A DNA stretch of 64,000 nucleotides, taken from assembly GCF_009914755.1 (NCBI RefSeq), contig NC_060927.1; one strand, written 5' to 3'. The translations under genes and the position numbers were made by a program. Shown one piece after another: positions 44,378 through 55,316 of this stretch. The notes below the pieces were generated by a model. That model worked only from the letters and a program-made list of their open reading frames with translations, had not been told where the DNA came from and made no database searches. This DNA comes from the human T2T-CHM13v2.0 reference genome, Homo sapiens. The stretch's first letter is position 1; each line of letters starts with the position of its first letter.

Positions 44378-45364
44378 AGTTCATGTCATCTTATTATTCA
44401 GTATTTATAACTTGCAAAGAAATGAATATCAGAGAGCGAGAGGCCTTGACATTATAATAGATTTAGCAGGAATTGAACTAGGAGTGGAGCACACAGGCAA
44501 AGCTGCAGAAGTACTTGGAAGAAGCCACCAGAGATACTCACGATTCTGCACATACCTGGCTAATCCCAGATCCTAAGGATTACATTAAGTTTACTAACAT
44601 TTATATAATGATTTATAGTTTAAAGTATAAACTTATCTAATTTACTATTCTGACAGATATTAATTAATCCTCAAATATCATAAGAGATGATTACTATTAT
44701 CCCCATTTAACACAAGAGGAAACTGAGAGGGAAAGATGTTGAAGTAATTTTCCCACAATTACAGCATCCGTTAGTTACGACTCTATGATCTTCTGACACA
44801 AATTCCATTTACTCCTCACCCTATGACTCAGTCGAATATATCAAAGTTATGGACATTATGCTAAGTAACAAATTACCCTTTTATATAGTAAATACTGAGT
44901 AGATTGAGAGAAGAAATTGTTTGCAAACCTGAATAGCTTCAAGAAGAAGAGAAGTGAGGATAAGAATAACAGTTGTCATTTAACAAGTTTTAACAAGTAA
45001 CTTGGTTAGAAAGGGATTCAAATGCATAAAGCAAGGGATAAATTTTTCTGGCAACAAGACTATACAATATAACCTTAAATATGACTTCAAATAATTGTTG
45101 GAACTTGATAAAACTAATTAAATATTATTGAAGATTATCAATATTATAAATGTAATTTACTTTTAAAAAGGGAACATAGAAATGTGTATCATTAGAGTAG
45201 AAAACAATCCTTATTATCACAATTTGTCAAAACAAGTTTGTTATTAACACAAGTAGAATACTGCATTCAATTAAGTTGACTGCAGATTTTGTGTTTTGTT
45301 AAAATTAGAAAGAGATAACAACAATTTGAATTATTGAAAGTAACATGTAAATAGTTCTACATAC

Positions 45365-45432
45365 GTTCTTTTGACATCTTGTTCAATCATTGATCGAAGT
45401 TCTTTATCTTGGAAGAATTTGTTCCAAAGACT
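45365..45432 (-). CDS. TBC1D5: TBC1D5 coding exon, 68 nt: SLWNKFFQDKELRSMIEQDVKR(T); arginine finger IxxDxxR
   Basis: Acceptor ttccttatttcag|AGT, donor AAC|gtatgt; 66+2 nt. Confidence 0.97.
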
Positions 45433-45654
45433 CTGAAATAAGGAAAACAATCTATTATATAGTCTCACACCTTTGTTTTACTTTTAGTGATTTCAATTTA
45501 ATAATGTAAATGGTTAAAATTTATTCTTCTCTGAGATCATTTCACATTGCAGATAGAAAACCTGAGACTGGGGTAATTTTTATTAAAATCTAATTTAATC
45601 TCAGAAACACATCTTTATTCTAACATCAATTTTTCCAGTTTGATATTATCATAT

Positions 45655-45978
45655 AAAGTCAGCCTTCCTCATCTGCAGGTTCCACAACAAAAATCCAACC
45701 AACTGTGGATCAAAAATATTGGGAAAAAATTAAAAATAGCAATACAACAATAAAAAAATACAAATCAGAAAAACAGCACAGTATAACAACTTTATTTAGC
45801 ATTTACAATCTATTAGGTATTATAAGTAATCTAGAGATTATTTAAAGTATACAAGAGGATGTACACAGGTTATATGGAAATACTTATGCCATTTTATATA
45901 AGAAACTTCATCATCTGCAGATTGTAGTGCCCATGAGGGGCCTGGAACCAATCCCCTGTGAATAATGAGAAACTAGTA
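45655..45978 (-). mobile_element. MER2-family (Tigger) MITE
   Basis: aggtattataagtaatctagagat..taaagtataca.gaggatg...ctggaaccaatcccc. Confidence 0.8.
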
Positions 45979-46877
45979 TATATTCTCAAAATTTTTATTA
46001 TCTATATAAAGTGAACAATACTTTTCACTGCCATATGCTACTGCTACTACCCCTGTAACAACAGAAAGGTGCTTGGATTACAGCAGGACTCATAGGCCAA
46101 CTGTCCGCAGCTTGAACCTGACCTGAATTCCCAATGCACTAAGAAAGACGGGTTAAGTTTTTCTACAGAACTTGGTTTTATAATCCAGTAGGTTTTTATG
46201 TACATTTTAAAATGTGAATTTAAGGGAAAGTTTTTAAAAATTACTTAATATTTTATGTTCTTATACCGAAGAGTCTATAAATACTTACGTATTGGGAAAG
46301 AGGAATGCTAACACTATGGATTAAATGGAAAAAATGTGCTTTTAGGTAAATAGGCAAAAATTAGAGCACTCATACTTTTAAAGTTACATAATATCTTTAA
46401 AGTAGTAATCCTTGTCTTCACTGGAATATGAATAGAAGTAGACCTGATTTTTTAAAAACTTCTTCATAGACTCACTACAAAGGGTTACTTCTTTCTTCCT
46501 GCGAGTTAGCCCTACTAAGTGAGCCCTTCTTTATTTTCACGACGAAGGGAGGCTTTCCTTAGCTACCCAATTCCCCACTGCAACCCTGATAAAAGTTTTA
46601 TTCTCATCTTTATGGTCTTATATTTTACCCTTAGTTCTTACAGAATCCCGAGATTTCTTGGTACTGCCATTCCACAGAAATAGATCATAAATTTTCTACA
46701 ACACAGTATATATATGTAATGTAAAATCATTTCTACCAGGTTTTAGGTGGTACTGTATGTGGAATAAAGAAAACAGTTAGCATGAAATATATTGCTTTCA
46801 TGGTGACTGGCAACCAGTCATATAAACATATTCTTAGCAGCAAAAGAGGTTAAGACATGAACAAAGACGAACTTTAC

Positions 46878-46952
46878 CCCTTCATCCTGTGAAAGAGGAT
46901 TATTGATCATCAAATCTTGTTGGCCAACAACCTTCCTCGGGTTGGTAATATG
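46878..46952 (-). CDS. TBC1D5: TBC1D5 coding exon, 75 nt: HITNPRKVVGQQDLMINNPLSQDEG (NPL retromer/VPS29-binding insertion)
   Basis: Acceptor tctttctttactag|CAT, donor GGG|gtaaag; phase 0-0; preceded by a 103-nt intron. Confidence 0.96.
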
Positions 46953-47055
46953 CTAGTAAAGAAAGAGAAAACACACACACAAGGATCAGAGGCTACTGGA
47001 CTTTAAAGTGTACATAAGAAAACAATTACATTAATTAAATATACTATTTACTTAC

Positions 47056-47145
47056 TATTTCTTTAATGTTGCTATACCATGCTCTTAATTCTTCAATTCT
47101 ACTTATCCATTGACTTTTGTCTTGAGGAAGAACACAAAGAAATAG
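47056..47145 (-). CDS. TBC1D5: TBC1D5 coding exon, 90 nt: LFLCVLPQDKSQWISRIEELRAWYSNIKEI
   Basis: Acceptor tttttcttgacag|CTA, donor ATA|gtaagt; phase 0-0, continues the previous exon in frame. Confidence 0.97.
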
Positions 47146-48601
47146 CTGTCAAGAAAAACAGAAGAAACTTTTGTAAAAATCTTAAGATATAAAATGTGAA
47201 ACTATGCCAAACTGAACCACCTGAACATTGAAAGACATAATAGTCATGATATTTCATATTCATATCATCATTTCAATTCCTACCAATTTCTGTTTGGAGA
47301 TATTTAAGAAATATATAATCAGAAAATTCAAAAAGTGAACAAAGGCCAAAAAGCAAGATAACAAAAGCTATACCACAAAATAGAATCAAGCTCCCCTTCA
47401 GATTTACATTAAAAAGGAAGAAAAATTCATTGAGGTTCAAATATAATTCACATTTTACATTCTAGTCTTAATGGGAGTGGTAAGGGGGTTATTAAGGAGC
47501 ACAAAGTCTGATTAGTAATTGCTACATTTAAGGTTTTGTTTTAAAACAAGCTGGTAAAAGTTAGTGAACAACAGTCTCACTGAGGGCATAGCCTGAAACA
47601 TGAAAGCATTCCTTTTACAGAAAAAAAATGTAATTTAAAGCTGGCAGTCAGCTTATGAAAATAACAAACAATCTTAAAATGACAAATTTGATTTAATTTA
47701 GTTTAATACAATATTAAAATAAATTTGGATTTAGATTTATTTTTAACAAATGAAAGATAGTAAAAGTTAACAGGGAATGGGGGTGGCGCACAAATACTTG
47801 TATACAAATACTCTAGCAGCAGGTCTCCTGCCTTTAATGCCTGCATCTAAAAGAAGAAAAGTGTATTTTAATTATTAAATCTAAATTATTGAACCTAAAA
47901 CTGTCTAATACACTATGTGTTTTTGTCTTTACTTGCACAGACTCAGTATGCTTAATTTATGCAGATAACCCTAAAAACTTATGATAGAATTCATTCTAGA
48001 AATGAGTCTAAACCTAAATAAATTCATGTTTAGAAAACAAAAACAAATAATATTTCAAAGCAATTAAAAAGACAACTATAGATTATTATTACTAGTTTTG
48101 GTAATCAGTGGTCCTTTTCCTCTAAAGGAGAGTGATCCAATTTCCTTCCACTTCTTGCCACCCCTCACTACTAAAAGAAATGTGAAAAATATTTTCCAGC
48201 TGCCATTTATGAAGAAAAAAGGGAAGATAACTAAATGATGGTTTGATATAATAGGAACCTAAAAGTTAACCCCCGACCACTGCCTTTTCTTGCAAATCTT
48301 CAAGAATTTCTGCAAGAGCCTCTGGGGAGTGTAAAAGTGTTGCTCTGAATTTGGCACCATCAAAACAGTTGAAAAGATAGTTTTTTTATATGACTCTTTT
48401 ACCGTTATCACTTACTCAGGACTAAGGTAGTTCAACCTTATTAGTAAATGTCCTATGAAAGATAAACATAGATGGTCAAAATAATGGGAGTGAAGTCTCT
48501 TGGAAAATTCAGTGATCCCCTGCATGGCTAATCTTCCAGGGCATCAGGTAATGTGTTGATATATTGCAACCAGAAACTGTAAATAAATATTTTCTTCTTA
48601 C

Positions 48602-48710
48602 CTTCCAGCAAATGCTGCGGAACCTGCTGCTTCTCAGCTGCCCATTAATCCCCTTCTGCCTTATTGTTGCCAAGTAATTGTTGTTTACAAATAGTTCTTC
48701 CCATTCTTTC
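48602..48710 (-). CDS. TBC1D5: TBC1D5 internal coding exon, 109 nt: (R)KEWEELFVNNNYLATIRQKGINGQLRSSRFRSICWK; includes LIR motif WEEL
   Basis: Acceptor tttcatatag|G, donor AAG|gtaaga; 1+108 nt; peptide lies in ORF 48509..48733 and is recognised as TBC1D5. Confidence 0.97.
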
Positions 48711-50209
48711 CTATATGAAAGAAACCAAAGCATGAGAATCCTTTTGTTAAAATTCCTCTGCTTGGAGAGAAGTTCTACGGGAAATTAATTTTAAGTAAGT
48801 CTAAAAAATGCAACTTTTAAAACATATATATTTAGTTGTGTACTGTTTCTGAACGCATGGCTGTCTTTTTGGACACAGTTCTTCCGTAGATTTAATGAAT
48901 ATGTAGATAGCTATAATTACGCCAGCTACTGAAATTCATAATGTCTATGGAGGCTATTCCATTTCCTCTAAAATGCTGATAGTACAGTTCAGTGAGTAAA
49001 CAAGAAAAAAATGAATAATATATGACTCTTTTAGCCAATGACAAAAACATACCTGCTCCAAAAATATGCAACAAAGAAGTGTAATGTTGATTATATTAGC
49101 TTCTCATGTGAAATACCTCTTTAAATGATCCGATTTCTCTTTAATGTCAGGCTGGACAGTAAAGTATAATAAAAGACTACTTTAACTGTTAGTGCTGCTT
49201 ACTACTGAAATTGCAACTTCTTTCTACATGATCAGTTTTAAAATTTTAACAGGTGTGGGCAAATTTGAAAAAAACATCAAAAAATTAAAAAGCCTCACTG
49301 TAAAAACTGTTAAAGGCAAGCTTGAGTACCTTGCAGTACCTATGGCTGAGTAGATAAACAACTGAAATATGCCTCCCAGGCATGCAGACACCAGGGGCCT
49401 AACACCTGTGCCTCATTAATATACAAGTAAATCTGCTCTACTGGGAAACAATTGGAAATTAATTGTCCCAAACCATTTACTGAGTTTGAATAAAGCAATT
49501 AGACCTATATTCCCTGCATCTTGCACCAAACTAAACATTAAGAATCACTTGAGTAGAGGCTACTGAGATTAGCTTTATGAAATTTCTCCCAAATTCCATC
49601 ATATCACAATAAAATTTACATATAACTTAACATTTATTATCAAAGCTGAAACCCTGACGGCAATATCTTAAGAGAGATTTCTGAAAAAGAAAGCCACTAA
49701 AACCCTCAATCATTCTTCCGTTACACACATGTGCAGTTGTCACTGGCCAGACCCTACTTATTTTGAGAAAGGATAATCTTGCATACTATGCTTAGAGTAA
49801 TGAACTGTACACAAAAATTTCAAAACTTGATCATGGGACAAAATGCATCTTCTCCAGAAAAGAAGTTCCAGAAGAGTGACCAAAGACAATGACACATTCC
49901 GTACTGCCACCAGCAGAACTTCCAGCTTTAACCCAGTAGCGTTGTGATCCTCAAACACAACAAGCCTTCTGCCAATAGTGGTTTCTGGCTAAGATTGCTA
50001 AATGAGACACACATTCCAGCCCATGCTGGAAGAAATGCATTTCTATCACCACTCCACAAAAATTTCTTATTCTCATCACTCTATTAGTTTAAAAAATCTG
50101 GCTTTACTTTAATTTGTACTATTAGTGAACTAAAAATTGTTCATGCTTTTGGGTCATTTTACTGCTTCCTTTGTAAAACCTGCTTTTTGCCCTTTGCCCG
50201 TTTTAAGCA

Positions 50210-50420
50210 GTACAGGATAGTGGTTAAGAGAATGGACATGAGAGGCACATGCTTGGGATCAGAAAGACAGCTGTGCAGTAAGGAAAGCTACACAGCTCAC
50301 TAGTTACTTACTAGATGTGCAAGCATGGGCAAATTTCTTAACCTCTCTGTGCCTCAGTTTCCTCATCTGTAAAATGGAGTAATAACAATCTACTTAAAGG
50401 AATTATTATGAGAATTTCAA
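50210..50420 (+). mobile_element. MIR
   Basis: cttaacctctctgtgcctcagtttcctcatctgtaaaatgg core. Confidence 0.85.
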
Positions 50421-50451
50421 AAATACATGAAAAGCCCTCAGAAGACTATCC

Positions 50452-50452
<1 letters not shown>

Positions 50453-50500
<48 letters not shown>

Positions 50501-50800
50501 TTTAAAAAAGAGACAAGGTCTCACTTGGTCATCAGGATGGAGTACAGTGATGCAACCACAGCTCACTTTAGCCTTGAACTCCTTGGGCTCAATCAATCCT
50601 CCCACCTCAGCCTCCACTGTAGCTGAGGCTACTCAGGAGGGACCACAGGCACACACCATCACACCTGGCTACTTTTGTAACTTTTTGTAGAGACTGGGTA
50701 TTCCTATGTTGCCCAGATTGGTCTACAAAGGGCCTCAGTTGATTCTCCCTCCTCAGCCTCCCAAAGTGCTGGAATTAAAGGTATGAGACAGTGTGCCCAA
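50453..50800 (-). mobile_element. (CA)n microsatellite abutting the tail of an antisense AluJ (50499-50800)
   Basis: Direct reading of the CA run and a diverged antisense Alu. Confidence 0.85.
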
Positions 50801-51248
50801 GTCCTATACTTTTAAAAATTAATATTTTTGTTAATAATACTGCTTTTTAGTGTGCCTTATTGATTAAAGAGAAAAGTTTTTCATACATTAAAGACATCAT
50901 GCCTTCATCAGCCAATTTTTTAACCCAATTGTCTTAATTTTCAATACATTGAAGCTTTTTAAATTTGTGTATAATTAAGATCTAACATTATTTTCTCTTA
51001 TTGATCCTTTCATTGTTTTCTCTTGCTTAAGTAATTCTTAGCCACTCCAACATCAAACAAATATTCACTGAAATCTTGTGGGGCTTTTTTCCCCATTTTA
51101 ATCCATTTTTATTACCTAAAATATTCTAAATATGTCCTATTTCCAAGTAGTTACGCATATATACTGATATCTCATAATGTTCAAATTTATTGTCTAGTTT
51201 TTAGCAATATTCAAAGATGAGATTAGCAATCAGTACATTACAGGAGTA

Positions 51249-53596
51249 GAGGCATACCTCATTTTATGTCACTTCATTTTACTGCACTTCACAGGTACTG
51301 CATTTTAATAAACTGAAGGTTTGTGGCAACCTTGCATTGAGCAAGTCTATCAGCATGTGCTCACTTCATGACTCTTGTGACATATTTTGATAATCTTCAC
51401 AATATTTCCAACTCTTTCATTATATCTGTTATGGGGATATGTGATCAGTGATCTCTGATGTTACTATTGTAACTGTTATGAAGCAAAATGAACCACAACC
51501 ATATAAGACAGTGAACTTACTGATAAATGTTGTATGTGTTCTGGCCATACCACTAAACAGTCCCTTGTCTCTCTCCCTCTCCTTGGACCTCCCTAATTAA
51601 TAATGCTACAATGGCCTCGTACTGTTCGAGTGAAAAGAAGAGTCATAGGTCTCTTAATTTAAATCAAAACCTACAAATGATTAAGCTTAGTGAGGAAGGT
51701 ACATCTAAAGCCAAGTTAGACCAAAAGCTTGGTCTCTTGCGCTAAACAGGTAGCCCAGTGGTGAATGCAGAAAAAAAAAAGTTCTTGAAGGAACTCAAAA
51801 GTGCTACTCCAGTGAACTCATGAATGATGAGAAAGCAAAACAGTCTTACCGCTGATACAGAGAAAGTTTGAATGGTCTGGATAGAAAATCAAACCAGCCA
51901 CAACATTCCCTTAAGCCAAAACCTAATCCAGAGCAAAGCCCTAACTCTCTTCAATTCTGTGAAAGCTGAGAAAGGTGAGGAAGCTGCCAAAGAAAAGTTG
52001 GAAGGTAGCAGAGGTTGGTTCACGAAGTTTAAGAAAAGAAGCCATCTCCATAACATAAAATTGCAAAGTGAAGCAGAAAGTGCTGATTGAGAAGCTGCAG
52101 TAAGTTACACAGAAGATCAAGCCAAGATAACTGCTGAAGGTAGCTACAATAAACAATAGATATTCAATGTAGACATAACAACCTTCTATTGAAGGAGGAT
52201 GCCATCTAGGACTTTCATAGCTAGGGACGAGAAGGCAAGGCCTGGTTTCAGAGCTTCAAAGGACAGGCTGTTCTCTTGTTACAGGATAATGCAGCTGGTG
52301 ACTAAACTGAAGCCAATCTTTAACCATTCTGAAAGTCCTAGAGACCTTAAGAATTATGCCAAATCTACTCTCCTTGTGCCGTATAAATGGAATAACAAAG
52401 CCTGGATGATAGCATATCTGTTTGCAACATGGTTTACAGAATATTTTAAGCCCATTTTTGGAAACTATTGCTCAGGAAAAAAGATTCCTTTCAAAATATT
52501 ATTGTTCACTGACAATACACCTCATCACCCAAGAGCTCTGATGGATATGTACAAAGAGATTAATGTTGTGTCCATGTCTGCTAACACAACATCCATTCTG
52601 CGGCCCATGAAGTGGGGAGTCATTTCTAATTTCAAGTTTTATTATTTAAGAAATACATTTCATAGGCTACAGCTGCCATATGATAGTGATTTCTCTGACA
52701 GATCTGGGCAAAGTGAATTCAAAATCTTCTGGTAAGGATTCACCATTCTAGATGTCGTTAAGAACATTAGAGATTCGTGGTGGAAAGTCAGAATAGCAAC
52801 ATGAACAAGAGTTTTTAAAAGGTGATTCCAATCCTCATGGATGACTTGGAGGGGTTTCAAGACTTCAGTGGAAGAAGTAACTAGATGGGGAAAAATAACA
52901 AGAAAACTAGAAGTAGAAGTGGAACCTGAAGATGTGACTTAACTGCTATAATCTCATATATATAAAACTTAAATTAGAAGTTGCTTCTTATGAATCAACA
53001 AAGAAAGTAGTTTCTTGAGATGGAATCTACTGCTGGTGAAGGTGCTGTGAATATTGTTAAAATGATATCAAAGAATTTAGAATATTTAATAAACTAAGTG
53101 AGAAAGCAGCTGCAGGGTTTGAGAAGACTGAGTCCAATTTTGAAACAAGTTCTACTCTGGGTAAGATGCTGCCAAACAGAATCTCATGCTACAGAGAAAT
53201 CTTTATTGAAAAGAAGAGTCAATCTATGTGGCATACTTCACTGTTGTGTTTTTTAAAGGAATTGCCACAGTTACCCCCAACCTTCAGCAACCACCACCCT
53301 AACTAGTGGGAAGCCACAACAACAAGGCAAGACCCTCTACCAGCAAAAAGATTAAGAACTGCTGAAGGCTCAGATGATCCTTGGCATTTTTTTTTTTTGC
53401 AATAAGGTATTTTTAATTAAGGTTTATATATTTTTTAGATATATGCTATTGCATACTTAATAGATGACAGTATAGTGTAATCATAACTTTTAAATGTACT
53501 AGAAAACAAAAAATATCACGTGACTCACTTTATTCCAATAGTTGCTTTACTGCAGTTGTTTGGAACTGAATCCGCAATATCTGTGGGGTATGTATA
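51249..53596 (+). mobile_element. Near full-length Tigger1 (pogo/TcMar) DNA transposon with a disrupted transposase
   Basis: TA|gaggcatacctc left TIR, ...gcaatatctgtggggtatg right TIR; ORFs 51872..52090 (HTH-CENPB-like) and 52199..52735 (DDE-like LLFTDNTPHHP) interrupted by stops and frameshifts. Confidence 0.95.
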
Positions 53597-54304
53597 CACA
53601 TCTCAAAAACCATAAATATATTTAAATAGCTTGTAGTCTGTGAACAACAAGCACAGATCTCAAATGTGCAATGTTTTGAACCCAAAAGGAATCACAATTT
53701 GTGAGACACCATGCAGTTCTGTGGACTGAAAACACAAAGTATTCCAGATAAGAGAGGGAAGTATGAAGCAATGACTCCTCCAGTCTTTTCCAAAATCAGC
53801 TCCTATTCACAAGTACTAAGAAATTGTAAAAGTACAGGCACAGCTGGTGGCTAGATTCATTGCCATCTTGTCAAGTTAAGCAGGCTTTTAAGGTCAAGTT
53901 ACATACTACTTATGTAATGAAGGATAATTATTTGTTAGCTTAAATAAGACCCTGTACCTTGATTACGGTGTTGGTATAGGGAAAAGAAGACTGAGGCATG
54001 TGAATTGGAAACATTATCTCTGAAATTTACAATCATTTAAATTTATTCATGGGTACTTACAGTTCTAATTAAGGCATAACATCTCAAACTGATGAACGGC
54101 TCTAACAACAGAGGAGCATAAAGGCCACATAATAATATATTAATTGTCTTTCATTTCTATTGAATAGTGTTTCATCAATAAACTGTAACACAGAGTAAAT
54201 ATAAACATTTATTAAGCGCCTACTATGTGCTTAGCACTCACAGGCATATTTTTTAAAACATACAAAGTTAAAGAGTGGACAGATGGATGTGTAAACCAAT
54301 AATA

Positions 54305-54565
54305 AAATGATTACTGCAAAGCACTCTGGTAGTACAGAGGGGAAAGAAATGGTTTGATACTTCAAAATTAAAACTTAGGATATAAAATAACAGTAGCACC
54401 ATAGCCACTGAAATACTACTGCAAAGAATTGAGTAGAAATGATTACTGCAAAGCCCTCTGGTAGTACAGAGGGGAAAGAAATGGTTTGATACTTCAAAAT
54501 TAAAACTTAGGATATAAAATAACAGTAGCACCATAGCCACTGAAATACTACTGCAAAGAACTGAG
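54305..54565. repeat. Tandem duplication with 132-bp period, two copies
   Basis: 54305-54433 vs 54437-54565, 2 mismatches in 129 bp. Confidence 0.95.
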
Positions 54566-55297
54566 AATCAAACATTAAACAGATTCCAGAGGGTAAACTG
54601 CTGAAAGGTTTAGCCCTTCTAGGGGAGAAGGATCAAAATGAAGGTTTTTTTACAATCACAAATATGAATGGTAGGCCTGCTCCTGAAGTTGGAGGAAGAC
54701 ATGATTAACAATAGAAAATATTGAGGTGTCAGTGGTGAAATATTTCAGTTTAATTTAAAAAAAAGTAGTTGCTAAACTTATTCTTACATAAAAAAATATA
54801 CTTACAATGTGCCTGAAAAGCAAAAATCTGACAATAATGCCATCGAAATGCTTTTAAAAGACCCACTTATGATATAATATTTTAGGTAAATCACTTAGGG
54901 TATATATTTTTAACCCCTCTTTATGAATGAGGAAAGTAAGGTTCAGAAAAATTGAATAACTTGTCAAGAGAATAAAGAAATGAGAAATAGGAAAGACATC
55001 TTTCTGGAATAACATGGAAGTAACCACTAAAGGGAAACATGATTCTCCAGACACCAAGAGCAAAAATGACCTCTGGCAACAAGGCAATATAGAAATATAC
55101 CCTTGTTTTCTTCCTCAGATTTTTAGTTTTTGAATATCAAGCCCATGGACATGCAGATAACTTTTTACTAGTTGGACTGAGAAGATAAGTTAACAACAGT
55201 CCCTGTGAGTAGTTAAGAACCTGGGTGTTTAGGTGTGCAAAACCTTAAATGGAATGGATTAGCCACCTGGACCTTGAAGATTTCCTTAACAAAGCAT

Positions 55298-55316
55298 TAG
55301 TGCCACCTAGTGGCAA
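55298..55316 (-). promoter_or_regulatory. CTCF binding motif
   Basis: Minus strand TTGCCACTAGGTGGCACTA fits the CTCF core CCASYAGRKGGCRC. Confidence 0.75.

Noticed and set aside
44340-44420. Integrated HIV or lentiviral sequence in this genome
   Set aside because: No LTR sequence (TGGAAG...CTAGCA) is present and the target is not duplicated; this is the unoccupied human allele, not a provirus or an assembly contaminant.
52199-52735. 178-aa ORF as a domesticated TIGD-like gene
   Set aside because: It is part of a Tigger1 copy with stops and frameshifts, and the DNA-binding and catalytic parts are disconnected.
54305-54565. CRISPR-like array from four TACTGCAAAG repeats
   Set aside because: Mammalian DNA; the intervening segments are duplicated rather than unique spacers, so this is a tandem duplication.
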